Assembly: GCA_021772465.1 (NCBI GenBank)
Contig: JAJFLX010000003.1
Coordinates: forward strand, 190,684-254,683
Source: Chlamydiota bacterium
Lineage (GTDB): Bacteria; Chlamydiota; Chlamydiia; Chlamydiales; JAAKFR01
Length of the DNA: 64,000 bases
Direction: 5' to 3'
Shown here: piece after piece, positions 18,802-27,649 of the stretch
How positions within the stretch are numbered: position 1 is the stretch's first letter
Layout: the number at the start of each line of letters is the position of its first letter
Made by a program: the position numbers and the translations under genes
The notes under the pieces: model-generated
What the model was told of the DNA's origin: nothing
The model's database searches: none
Seen by the model: only the letters and a program-made list of their open reading frames with translations

Positions 18802-20071
18802 AGCGCCTTCGAAGATAGAGGAGCAGCATCCCTACTGCAAGAATTATCGCTCCAGGGTAGGTGAGGTAGTATTTTGTCTTGTCGTAGTTAACGACAAGCT
18901 GAATTTGCGTAGCCTTGTCTGGAGAGACGATCATATTGGCGAGATAGAACCGATACCCCTTTTTTTCGTAGACTCGGTTCATGCTTAGCCTCTTCTCTTC
19001 CCCAGCAACCTCGATCTTTGCTTCATAAGCGTAAGGCTTGTCGCTTCCAGGATAGTAGATTTCACGCGCCTCTTTGAGGCGGACAGAAAAGGGGATTTTT
19101 TGTGTGAGCCAGCTAAAACGAAGCAAATACTTCCCCTTCAGTGCGGGCCATTTGAGTTCAGTGGCAAAAGGGTCGAAAGGGAGGACAATTTGCTCGCACT
19201 CATCACCCCTTGAGATTGCTAGTCGAATCAAGGGTCTCTGCTCTTCAATTTTGAGTGGAGGCTTTGGAAAGCTAAAACGTCGGGTGAGGGGTGCAACTAG
19301 CTCACGCAGAGAAAATTGGGGAGGTAATGAAGTAAAAACGCCATACCCGCTATACCCTTTATTGTAAACGTAGATCGCAGAGGTTGAGATCTTGTTTTCA
19401 TATCGATTGCCCTCTCTATCAAAAGCGATGAGCGATTCAATTCCTTCCGGGTCTTTGAAAAAATAGAGGGTGTTTTTTTGGGGGTTCTCAGCTTGTGGCT
19501 TCCCTAGAGTAGCAGCGTAGGGGAGGGGAGCTAGAGCCTCTCCTTTGATGAACCCCTCATAGTGCATCTCGGTATGATCGACCCACTCTTCGACACTCAA
19601 CGAGAGGTCCTCTAGTGTCATTTCTTTTCTCAGTGGAACCACAAACGAGGCATCTGGAGTCTCGACGGTCACAGCATACTGCGAGCGGATAAATAGCTCA
19701 CTTGAGCTGCACCCTTCTGTAAGGCCCATAGACCCTTGTAAACCGAGATATCCTTTGGCTAAGCAACCTGCTAAAATCATCAGAAGACCGGCATGTGTGA
19801 GAAGAAATGGGATATGGCTCGCTTTAAAAGGCAGGCGCCGCAAAGCAGCGAATAGGATATTGACAAAGTAGAGCCAAAGAAGGAGTTGGAAGAGCGGATT
19901 AGAATAGGTAAAAGCTGCAGCAAAGGCATGCGAATCGCTCCACGATTCGAGCAAGGTGCCAGCTAGAATAAATAGGATCGAAAGAGCGATTAAAACGATT
20001 GCAAAATAGACGCTGCCTAAAAAATGAAAAAGTTTCACAGCCTCTCGGGGATCGCTTGAATCAGTTCGCAA
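18794..20071 (-). CDS. ccsB: Cytochrome c biogenesis protein ResB/Ccs1 (System II)
   Basis: N-terminal FLGSVYFAIVLIALSILFILAGTLLES, a large soluble loop, and C-terminal GYRFYLANM...YPGAIILAVGMLLLY. It overlaps ccsA by 8 nt. Confidence 0.75.
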   Translation of the reverse strand: MRTDSSDPREAVKLFHFLGSVYFAIVLIALSILFILAGTLLESWSDSHAFAAAFTYSNPLFQLLLWLYFVNILFAALRRLPFKASHIPFLLTHAGLLMILAGCLAKGYLGLQGSMGLTEGCSSSELFIRSQYAVTVETPDASFVVPLRKEMTLEDLSLSVEEWVDHTEMHYEGFIKGEALAPLPYAATLGKPQAENPQKNTLYFFKDPEGIESLIAFDREGNRYENKISTSAIYVYNKGYSGYGVFTSLPPQFSLRELVAPLTRRFSFPKPPLKIEEQRPLIRLAISRGDECEQIVLPFDPFATELKWPALKGKYLLRFSWLTQKIPFSVRLKEAREIYYPGSDKPYAYEAKIEVAGEEKRLSMNRVYEKKGYRFYLANMIVSPDKATQIQLVVNYDKTKYYLTYPGAIILAVGMLLLYLRRRYV

Positions 20072-20640
20072 CTCTTTGCAAAATCGAGGAACTCGTTTTT
20101 ATGGGCCAAAATCAATTCTGGAGGTCCTGTGATTTTGATCGTATAGTCTGCGCTCAGCTGCTTATAGTGCTCCTGCTCCTCAGCAGAAGAGGCGAGGAAG
20201 CGGAGTTTTTGATAGAGACTCGCATCGAGTTGCAGGCTCCACGCCATAAGAGATTTTCCCTCCAAAAAAAGCCCGATAAACCCCCCATTTGAAAACGGTT
20301 TGACCGCTCCCATCTCTTGGGATTTCCAGCGCGCAACTTGAGAAGAAGGGGGGATCCGCTCCTCTAATGATCTGGAGGGGAAAGAGTGGAAGGTGATGTG
20401 CACCTCGCCGTAAGCAAGAAATTCAGCATTGGGCTTTGTCGTGTCTGCAAGAGAACCTCTGGATTCAATGTACTGCCAGTGGGAGGGGAGTTGAACGCGA
20501 TACACGGGGCGTTTGAGCCACAATGGTCCCTCATCTCTTCCAGAAATTTCTTGAGTACGCACATGAGAGATAAGCTCAGGTTTCTCTTCACAAGCACCTA
20601 GAAGCAAAGCGAGTCCAAGAAAAATTATGGAGCGAATCAA
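20035..20640 (-). CDS. Hypothetical lipoprotein
   Basis: Lipobox LALLLGAC. A TTG at 20640 is preceded by aggaaag. The ORF-track Met at 20727 would overlap the divergent sucA start. There is no CxxCH motif. Confidence 0.45.
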   Translation of the reverse strand: MIRSIIFLGLALLLGACEEKPELISHVRTQEISGRDEGPLWLKRPVYRVQLPSHWQYIESRGSLADTTKPNAEFLAYGEVHITFHSFPSRSLEERIPPSSQVARWKSQEMGAVKPFSNGGFIGLFLEGKSLMAWSLQLDASLYQKLRFLASSAEEQEHYKQLSADYTIKITGPPELILAHKNEFLDFAKSCELIQAIPERL

Positions 20641-20685
20641 TTTGGTATCTTTCCTGCTAAATAATAGATAGAAATTTATCAGAAA

Positions 20686-23403
20686 GTGAGATTTATGTCT
20701 TCGGGTCGCGTGTTTACATATATGCATCTATCTAATACAGATATGGTTGAAGAAATGCATGCTGCATTTTTAGAGGACCCTAGTAGCGTAGATGCTTCTT
20801 GGCGCTATTTTTTTGAGGGAGTGGAGTTTGGTTCCTACCAAAAGATGCACGCCGCTTCGGGGCAGGAGACATCGGATTTAAGGATTTATCAATTGATCGA
20901 TGCATACCGCACTTATGGTCATCTGGGGGCGAGTGTGAACCCCATTGCTGCAAAAGAGATCCCTGATGTCCCAGAGCTCACTCTCGCAGCGCTCGGTTTC
21001 ACAGAGAATGAACTGAATCAGATGTTTCCCACTTGTGGCCTTTTAGACAAAGAGCTAGCTTCGCTTACCGAAATTATCGAAGTCTTAAAGCAGACCTACT
21101 GCGGCCCAATTGGAATCGAATACATGAGTCGCTATACAAAAGATCTCGAAAAATGGCTTCAAAAGCAAATTGAGCCGTGTAGAGCAAGACCCTCATTTTC
21201 TGTAGAAGAGAAACAAGCGATACTCGATTACCTCAACAGATCAGAGCTCTTCGAGATTTTTTTGCACACAAAATATGTAGGTCAAAAGCGGTTTTCTCTA
21301 GAGGGAGGCGAAACATTAATTCCGATCTTGGATGCCATCATCGAGCAAGGGTCGAGACTGGGAATGGATGAGTTTGTGATCGGGATGCCCCACCGTGGGA
21401 GGCTCAATGTTTTATCCAACATCATGAACAAATCCTACTCAGCTATTTTCGGTGAATTCGAAGACTACATCGATCCCCATCAGATCGAGACAGCAGGTGA
21501 TGTGAAGTACCACAAAGGGTTTTCATCAGATATCATGACTCGACACGGGAACCCTGTGCATGTCAGTTTGGCCGCCAACCCAAGTCATCTAGAGTCAGTA
21601 GACCCTGTCGTAGAGGGAACGGTTCACGCTAAACAGAGGCAAAGAGGTGATGTTGAAAAAAAAAGGGTGGTCCCTCTCCTCATCCATGGGGATTCTTCCA
21701 TCGCAGGGCAGGGGGTTGTGTATGAAACCCTCCAATTTCATGCTCTGCCTGGCTACTCCACCGGGGGGACCCTCCATATTGTGGTTAATAACCAGATTGG
21801 GTTCACCACACTTCCAAGAGAATACCGATCGAGCCGCTACAGTACAGATATTGCTCACGCCTTTGGTTTTCCTGTCTTTCATGTGAATGCTGAAGATCCA
21901 GAGGGGTGCATTTTTGCCACTCAGCTCGCTCTGCAAATCCGCCACCTCTTCCATATCGATGTATTTATCGAGCTCAATTGTTATAGGAAATATGGTCACA
22001 ATGAGAGTGACGAGCCTGCTTTTACTCAACCTCTAGAATACCAAGAAATTCGCAAGAAAAAATCGATCCGAGAAATATACCGAGACCATTTAATTCAAGA
22101 GGGTGTTGTCGAAAAAGAGATGGCTCTTGAGATGGAAAAGAAGTTTAAAGAGGCGCTCCATTTTGAGCTCGATGAGCTTAAATTGAAAAAGCAACAGCCA
22201 GGGCAAGAGCCTTTTAAGGGGGTTTGGAAAGATTACAAAAAGGCCTCTCGTTCTGAAATACTAGAATCTCCTCCGACGGGGGTATCTCTGAAAACACTCC
22301 AAGAGATAGGGAAAAAACTCGCCACGATCCCAGCAGGTTTTGAGGTGCATAGCAAGTTAAAGAGATTGATTCAAAACCGAGAAAAGATGATTCAGGGGGA
22401 GATCTCTCTCGATTGGGCCATGGCAGAGCAGATGGCCTTTGCATCTCTTCTAATCGAGGGCTACCCGGTGCGTCTATCAGGGCAAGATAGTCAACGGGGG
22501 ACTTTCACTCAGCGGCACTGCGTCTGGGTCGATCAAAGCAAGGGTGAGCGGTATTTTCCGCTCTCAAATTTGCAAGAGGATCAGGGAAGTTTTACTGCTT
22601 ACAACTCCTCTTTAGCTGAATTCGCAGTCCTCGGTTTTGAATTTGGTTACAGCCTGGCCTATCCCAGTTCACTTGTGCTTTGGGAGGCGCAGTTCGGAGA
22701 CTTTGCAAACGGGGGGCAGGTCATCTTCGATCAATACATCAGTGCTACCGAACAGAAATGGAGTCGCTACTCCGGTCTTGTCGCGCTTCTCCCCCACGGC
22801 TACGAAGGGCAAGGAGCTGAACACTCGTCGGCGCGGATGGAGCGATTTTTGCAGATGGCCGCCGAATCGAATATGCAAATCGTTTACCCCACAACCCCTG
22901 CGCAGTATTTTCACTTGCTCCGTCGGCAAGCCCTGAGATTGTTAAGAATCCCTCTCATCGTTTTTACCCCCAAGGGGCTACTTCGTCACACTGAATGTAT
23001 CAGCTCTTTGCAGGCACTCTCTAGCGGACAGTTTGAGGAAGTACTCGACGATCCAACTGAGCCTCTTGATGCGACTCGATTGATCCTTTGTGCAGGGCGA
23101 GTCTATTACGATTTACTACCCAAGCGCGCCCCGGGCACTGCGATCATACGGATCGAGCAGCTCTATCCACTCCATCAGAAAAAGTTAAAGCAAATTCTCA
23201 GCAAATATTCTAAGGTGAAAAAGTACTTATGGGTTCAAGAGGAGCCTTCGAATATGGGCGCTTTTAGCTATATCGAGCCTCTCATTCATAACCTAAAAGT
23301 GGAATACATCGGGCGTCCACGAAGTGCTGCTACAGCCACAGGATCGCATAGTAAACATGAAAAGGAACTCGCTAAAATTTTAGAGCAAGCATTCGAGGAA
23401 TAA
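20686..23403 (+). CDS. sucA: 2-oxoglutarate dehydrogenase E1 component
   Basis: 905 aa with the SucA N-terminal block [16 protein letters not shown] and the ThDP-binding region [14 protein letters not shown]. Colinear with SucA throughout. Confidence 0.9.
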   Translation: MRFMSSGRVFTYMHLSNTDMVEEMHAAFLEDPSSVDASWRYFFEGVEFGSYQKMHAASGQETSDLRIYQLIDAYRTYGHLGASVNPIAAKEIPDVPELTLAALGFTENELNQMFPTCGLLDKELASLTEIIEVLKQTYCGPIGIEYMSRYTKDLEKWLQKQIEPCRARPSFSVEEKQAILDYLNRSELFEIFLHTKYVGQKRFSLEGGETLIPILDAIIEQGSRLGMDEFVIGMPHRGRLNVLSNIMNKSYSAIFGEFEDYIDPHQIETAGDVKYHKGFSSDIMTRHGNPVHVSLAANPSHLESVDPVVEGTVHAKQRQRGDVEKKRVVPLLIHGDSSIAGQGVVYETLQFHALPGYSTGGTLHIVVNNQIGFTTLPREYRSSRYSTDIAHAFGFPVFHVNAEDPEGCIFATQLALQIRHLFHIDVFIELNCYRKYGHNESDEPAFTQPLEYQEIRKKKSIREIYRDHLIQEGVVEKEMALEMEKKFKEALHFELDELKLKKQQPGQEPFKGVWKDYKKASRSEILESPPTGVSLKTLQEIGKKLATIPAGFEVHSKLKRLIQNREKMIQGEISLDWAMAEQMAFASLLIEGYPVRLSGQDSQRGTFTQRHCVWVDQSKGERYFPLSNLQEDQGSFTAYNSSLAEFAVLGFEFGYSLAYPSSLVLWEAQFGDFANGGQVIFDQYISATEQKWSRYSGLVALLPHGYEGQGAEHSSARMERFLQMAAESNMQIVYPTTPAQYFHLLRRQALRLLRIPLIVFTPKGLLRHTECISSLQALSSGQFEEVLDDPTEPLDATRLILCAGRVYYDLLPKRAPGTAIIRIEQLYPLHQKKLKQILSKYSKVKKYLWVQEEPSNMGAFSYIEPLIHNLKVEYIGRPRSAATATGSHSKHEKELAKILEQAFEE

Positions 23404-23405
23404 GC

Positions 23406-24542
23406 ATGAAAGAAGAGATCAAAGTGCCAACTATGGGGGAATCGATTAGCGAAGCGACGGTGAGCGCCTTTCTCAAGCCCTCTGGCGCCGCTGTGCATGC
23501 CGATGAAGAGATCATTGAGCTGGAGACTGAGAAAGTGAATCAGGTTCTTTATGCGCCCATCTCTGGGGTGATTACGTGGAGCGTTAAGGAGGGTGATACA
23601 TTTGCTATTGGAGATGTGATCGGACTCCTTGACACCGAAGGAGCGCCTAGTTCTACGCCTCCTGAGCCAGAGCCCCAAGAGCCGCTCGAAATTGCCACTA
23701 AACAGGAAGTGAAAAAGCCCTCTCCTTCTCCCGCTGAGGGTGCAAGAAAGATGGAGGGAGCATTTATAGCAGAGCTTTCCGAGAAAAATGAAGAGCCTCC
23801 ACCCCCGAAAGCCACTCCTTCTAAAGGGAGAGAGAGTCGTCGCAAGATGAGTAAAATTCGTGAGACCATCGCGCGAAGACTCGTCGATTCGCTTCACAGC
23901 GCTGCGATGCTTACCACTTTTAATGAAGTGGATATGAGCGCTGTGATGGGACTTCGAGCTAAATACAAAGAGAGTTTTCAAGAAAAACACGGGGTAAAAC
24001 TTGGTTTCATGAGCTTTTTTGTGAAAGCTGTCGTCGAAGCGCTCAAGAGCTTTCCAGACTTCAACTCCTATATCGATGGAGATGAAGTGGTGCAGCGTCA
24101 CTACTACGACATTGGAATTGCTGTAGGAACTGAAAAAGGTCTTGTCGTACCTGTCCTCCGCCACACCGATCAACTCACTTTCCCAGAGATCGAGAGAGAA
24201 ATTATTGCGTATGCCAAAAGAGCCCGCGAAAAGAAGTTGAGCATTAGTGATCTTGAAGGAGGAGGGTTTACGATTACAAATGGGGGCGTTTACGGCTCTT
24301 TGCTCTCCACTCCGATCATCAACCCTCCTCAGGTAGGCATTCTTGGGATGCACAAAATTGCCGAGAGAGCCGTCGTAGAAAAGGGAGAGATTGTCATTCG
24401 CCCGATGATGTATCTAGCTTTAAGCTACGATCACCGCTTAGTCGATGGGAAAGAGGCGGTGAGTTTTTTAATCCACGTGAAAGAGGTATTAGAAGACCCT
24501 TCACGGCTTATGTTTTTGGATGTCGACGATGGAAAAATTTGA
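23406..24542 (+). CDS. sucB: Dihydrolipoyllysine-residue succinyltransferase E2
   Basis: Lipoyl domain (IELETEKV), a Pro/Ala-rich linker, and a catalytic domain ending [14 protein letters not shown]. Confidence 0.9.
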   Translation: MKEEIKVPTMGESISEATVSAFLKPSGAAVHADEEIIELETEKVNQVLYAPISGVITWSVKEGDTFAIGDVIGLLDTEGAPSSTPPEPEPQEPLEIATKQEVKKPSPSPAEGARKMEGAFIAELSEKNEEPPPPKATPSKGRESRRKMSKIRETIARRLVDSLHSAAMLTTFNEVDMSAVMGLRAKYKESFQEKHGVKLGFMSFFVKAVVEALKSFPDFNSYIDGDEVVQRHYYDIGIAVGTEKGLVVPVLRHTDQLTFPEIEREIIAYAKRAREKKLSISDLEGGGFTITNGGVYGSLLSTPIINPPQVGILGMHKIAERAVVEKGEIVIRPMMYLALSYDHRLVDGKEAVSFLIHVKEVLEDPSRLMFLDVDDGKI

Positions 24543-25899
24543 TCTTATTGTCATAGGCTCTGGTCCAGGTGGGTATGTTGCCGCCATCCGCGCAGCACAA
24601 AAAGGTTTGCGTGTGGCTTGTGTAGAAAAAGAAAAAACCCTTGGAGGCACTTGCCTCAATGTGGGGTGTATCCCTTCCAAAGCTCTTCTCCACTCTACTG
24701 AGTACTACCACAGGGTGGCTCATGAAGGGAACGAACACGGTATCGAGGCGAGTGATTTAAGAGTCAATCTTTCCAAGATGATGGCGCGCAAAGAGAAAAT
24801 TGTCGCCGGGCTTGTCGGTGGGATCGACTTTCTTTTCAAAAAAAACAAAGTAGTTGCGATCAAAGGGGCGGCAAAGCTCACCTCGTCTACTACAATTGAG
24901 GTGGAGGGGGAGTCTTATGAAGCGACTCACCTTCTATTGGCGACAGGCTCAGAGCCCATGACTCTGCCCTTTCTCCCCATCGATGAGAAGCGAGTACTCA
25001 CCTCAACGGGCGCTTTAGCTCTCACCGAGATCCCGAAAAAAATGCTCATGATAGGAGCCGGAGTGATAGGACTGGAACTGGGCTCGGTCTACCGTCGGCT
25101 TGGTGCTGAAGTAGAGGTGATCGAGTTGCTCGATCGGGTCACTCCAGGTCTTGATGCTGAAATCTCAAAAACAGTTCAACAGGTGCTCACTAAACAGGGG
25201 ATGATCTTTCACTTAAATACGAAAGTCTTAGGTGCTGAGGTGAGAGATTCTGGAGTGACCCTCAAAGTGGATGGGAGAGATTTTGTAGGTGATGTCGTAT
25301 TGGTTGCTATTGGACGGAAGCCCTATTCTGAGGGGCTCGGACTTAGGGAGGTCGGTATTCAAACTGATGAAAGTGGGCGAGTACTGATTGATGGTTCCTT
25401 TCGCACTTCCCTCCCTTCAGTCTATGCTATCGGGGATCTTGTCGATGGCCCAATGCTTGCGCACAAAGCTTCAGAAGAGGGGATAGCTGCTGTCGATATC
25501 ATCTGCGGGCAAAAAGCTGAAATCAACTACGTAGCCATCCCCAATGTGATGTATACCTGGCCCGAAGTTGCCTGCGTGGGCATGAGCGAGCAAGAGGCCA
25601 AAGCTGCGGGTATAGAGATAATTGTTGGCAAAGTTCCTTTCCGGGGTATTCCCAGGGCAAGATGTAGTGGTGACGAAGAGGGGCTTGTCAAAATCATCGG
25701 GGATAAAAAATCGGGCCGTTTGATCGGAATGCATATTGTAGGGCCTAGCGCCTCGGAGATGATTCACGAAGGGGTGATTGCCCTAGAAAAGAGGGCCAAG
25801 GTCGTAGACATTGCGCACGCATCACACGCGCATCCGACTTGTAGCGAAGCAATCAAAGAGGCCAGCCAAGCAGCTCTTGGAGAGGCAATCCATCTCTAG
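24520..25899 (+). CDS. lpdA: Dihydrolipoyl dehydrogenase E3
   Basis: GSGPGGY FAD motif, the two-Cys redox centre [13 protein letters not shown] and the C-terminal HAHPTCSEA dimerisation/His-Glu motif. Confidence 0.9.
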   Translation: MSTMEKFDLIVIGSGPGGYVAAIRAAQKGLRVACVEKEKTLGGTCLNVGCIPSKALLHSTEYYHRVAHEGNEHGIEASDLRVNLSKMMARKEKIVAGLVGGIDFLFKKNKVVAIKGAAKLTSSTTIEVEGESYEATHLLLATGSEPMTLPFLPIDEKRVLTSTGALALTEIPKKMLMIGAGVIGLELGSVYRRLGAEVEVIELLDRVTPGLDAEISKTVQQVLTKQGMIFHLNTKVLGAEVRDSGVTLKVDGRDFVGDVVLVAIGRKPYSEGLGLREVGIQTDESGRVLIDGSFRTSLPSVYAIGDLVDGPMLAHKASEEGIAAVDIICGQKAEINYVAIPNVMYTWPEVACVGMSEQEAKAAGIEIIVGKVPFRGIPRARCSGDEEGLVKIIGDKKSGRLIGMHIVGPSASEMIHEGVIALEKRAKVVDIAHASHAHPTCSEAIKEASQAALGEAIHL

Positions 25900-25902
25900 A
25901 AA

Positions 25903-26469
25903 TTAGTAGCCCTGCGAGGTGCCGCAGCTACAAGATGATTTCACGTTGGGGTTGGAGATCTTAAAGCCAGCGCCTTGGAGGCCATCGACATAGTCGATCA
26001 CGCAGCCCAATAGTCGGCCGAGCATTCCCTGAGTAATAAAGATTTTGATCCCCTCAGATTCGAAAATAACATCATTATCGGTCGGCTTTTCTTCAAAATC
26101 GAGGACATACTGAAATCCTCCACACCCGCCTGCAGTATCTGCAAAACGAAGGCCACACCCCTCTTTCCCATCTTCTTTTGCAAAGAGGCGAAATTTTTCA
26201 GCAGCCCTGGGCGTTAAGGTGATTGTTTCAAGGTCTTGCTCCTCTTCGAGTATTGCATTGAGCTTATTAAGCAGCTTTTGACACTCTTCCTGTTTCATGC
26301 CATGTCCGAGCATACCTGCTTCTAAAGTCTCCCATGTCGCAGCGCTACAACTCGTGCAATGCAATCCAGCATTGGTCATGGCTTGTGCAAGCTTTTGACT
26401 CTTGTGCGGGAAGGTAGAAAAAATCTCCGCAATGGTCATATCGAAAGTAACTGTCTGAGTTGTAGTCAT
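25903..26469 (-). CDS. Fusion protein: DUF1858-like redox-disulfide domain plus HesB/IscA-type Fe-S cluster insertion domain
   Basis: The N-terminal MTIAEIFSTFPHKSQKLAQAMTNAGLHCTSCSAATWETLE is DUF1858-like. The C-terminal half is ITLTPRAAEKF...GGCGGFQY...FKISNPNVKSSCSCGTS, with the IscA C-terminal CxCG signature. Start set at the Met just after the ferredoxin stop. Confidence 0.7.
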   Translation of the reverse strand: MTTTQTVTFDMTIAEIFSTFPHKSQKLAQAMTNAGLHCTSCSAATWETLEAGMLGHGMKQEECQKLLNKLNAILEEEQDLETITLTPRAAEKFRLFAKEDGKEGCGLRFADTAGGCGGFQYVLDFEEKPTDNDVIFESEGIKIFITQGMLGRLLGCVIDYVDGLQGAGFKISNPNVKSSCSCGTSQGY

Positions 26470-26479
26470 ACCTAAATCC

Positions 26480-26743
26480 TTAAAATGAAATTTTGACGCA
26501 TCCACCTTTGAGTTTGCACTGGCAGGCAAGGCGCTCCTCTTCCATATCACCTAAGAAGTCTTCTTCCTCTTGAGTGAATTCAGAGAGATTTTCCATCCCT
26601 TCCTTAACCTCGATGACACACGTGCCACATACTCCTTCCGTGCAGGCGAAAGGAACACCAGCCTCTTCGCACACCTCGGCTATGGGGCCTCCATCCTCGA
26701 TTTCAAAAGTTTCATCACTATCTTCAAAAATTAAAGTTCCCAT
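26480..26743 (-). CDS. [2Fe-2S] ferredoxin
   Basis: An 87-aa acidic protein with CTEGVCGTCVIEV...LACQC, a Cys pattern typical of 2Fe-2S ferredoxins. Start at the internal Met (MGTLIFED). Confidence 0.75.
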   Translation of the reverse strand: MGTLIFEDSDETFEIEDGGPIAEVCEEAGVPFACTEGVCGTCVIEVKEGMENLSEFTQEEEDFLGDMEEERLACQCKLKGGCVKISF

Positions 26744-26810
26744 TCGCACACATATTGCTAGTTGAAGTTGAAAGTATTGCCAAAACAGCAATAAAAAACG
26801 AGACTAAAAT

Positions 26811-26885
26811 TCGGAGTAGAGGGATTCGAACCCCCGGCCTACTGCTCCCAAAGCAGCCGCGCTAACCAAGCTGCGCTATACTCCG
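26811..26885 (-). tRNA. tRNA-Pro (anticodon UGG)
   Basis: The reverse complement is CGGAGTA-TA-GCGC-AGCTTGGTTA-GCGC-G-GCTGC-TTTGGGA-GCAGT-AGGCC-GGGGG-TTCGAAT-CCCTC-TACTCCG-A. It folds as a full cloverleaf with the TTCGAAT T-loop and anticodon TGG. CCA is not encoded. Confidence 0.85.
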
Positions 26886-26952
26886 TAGATGTTTCGGGAT
26901 TATATCTCTCCCCCCCTTTTCTTACAAACGGCTTTCCACTATAGAAGAGAGT

Positions 26953-27612
26953 ATGAGTGAAGAGAGAACAGAGTCGCCGTCGAAACGGAAACTAAAAAAG
27001 GCGCGCGAGAGGGGAGAGGTCGCAAAATCGACTTTTCTTTCGAGTGCAATTCTCTTCTTGGGAGCGATTCTTCTTGTATGGGGACTGAGCTCCCTTTTCT
27101 ACGGGGGGTTTAAACTCTCATTGATTACCCTACTCACCCAGTCTGAGCTCAAAGGGGCTTTTAAAAATGCCTTCTTCCCGGTTCTTATCCCCTCCCTTCT
27201 TATTTTAGGGGGCCTCTCTTTTCTCGCCCTCTTCTCTCACCTCTTACAGACTGGGTGGATCTGGTCTTTTCATAAGAAAAAGAGGGAAAAAAAAGAGAAG
27301 CGATTTTTCCTCCCTTTGCTTCAGCTCGCTTTGATCACAGCTGTGAGTTACTGGGCTCTTTGCAGAAAATTTGATCCGAGGCTCCTCTTCGCTGGCGCCG
27401 AAAATCAGCTGAGCTTTCTCTTCTTTAGGCTGCTCGTTTTGGCCCTCATCTTAGCTGTTTCCTTGCTTGTTTTGGGCATTTTGGATGCGTTTTATCAAAA
27501 TGCGCGATTCCACAAACAGATGCGGATGACCCAAACGGAGAAAAAAGAGGAACAAAGAGAAAATGAAGGCAATCCACAAATAAAATCCGAAATTCGAAAT
27601 CGAAAAGATTAA
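26953..27612 (+). CDS. FlhB/SctU-family export-gate protein, transmembrane domain only (C-terminal autocleavage domain absent)
   Basis: The N-terminal SEERTESPSKRKLKKARERGEVAKS parallels the CdsU N-terminus in this window (EKSEKATPKKLRDARKKGQVAKS). Four hydrophobic segments follow. The ORF stops right after the conserved EGNPQIKSEIR linker. Confidence 0.7.
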   Translation: MSEERTESPSKRKLKKARERGEVAKSTFLSSAILFLGAILLVWGLSSLFYGGFKLSLITLLTQSELKGAFKNAFFPVLIPSLLILGGLSFLALFSHLLQTGWIWSFHKKKREKKEKRFFLPLLQLALITAVSYWALCRKFDPRLLFAGAENQLSFLFFRLLVLALILAVSLLVLGILDAFYQNARFHKQMRMTQTEKKEEQRENEGNPQIKSEIRNRKD

Positions 27613-27649
27613 TTGTAATAAATTGAATTCCTATTTATGAAAATAAAGC

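Noticed and set aside
23286-24353. A 355-aa ORF antisense to sucA/sucB
   Set aside because: It has low-complexity, Arg/Ser/Phe-rich composition with no motifs. The plus strand encodes an unmistakable E2 succinyltransferase with lipoyl and catalytic domains.
26792-26952. tRNA-Pro as an integration site for a flagellar-gene island
   Set aside because: I see no integrase or recombinase, and no direct repeat of the tRNA 3' end. The fer-flhA-fliA neighbourhood appears ancestral in Chlamydiae. The extra flhB'/flhF genes look like retained operon members rather than an insertion.
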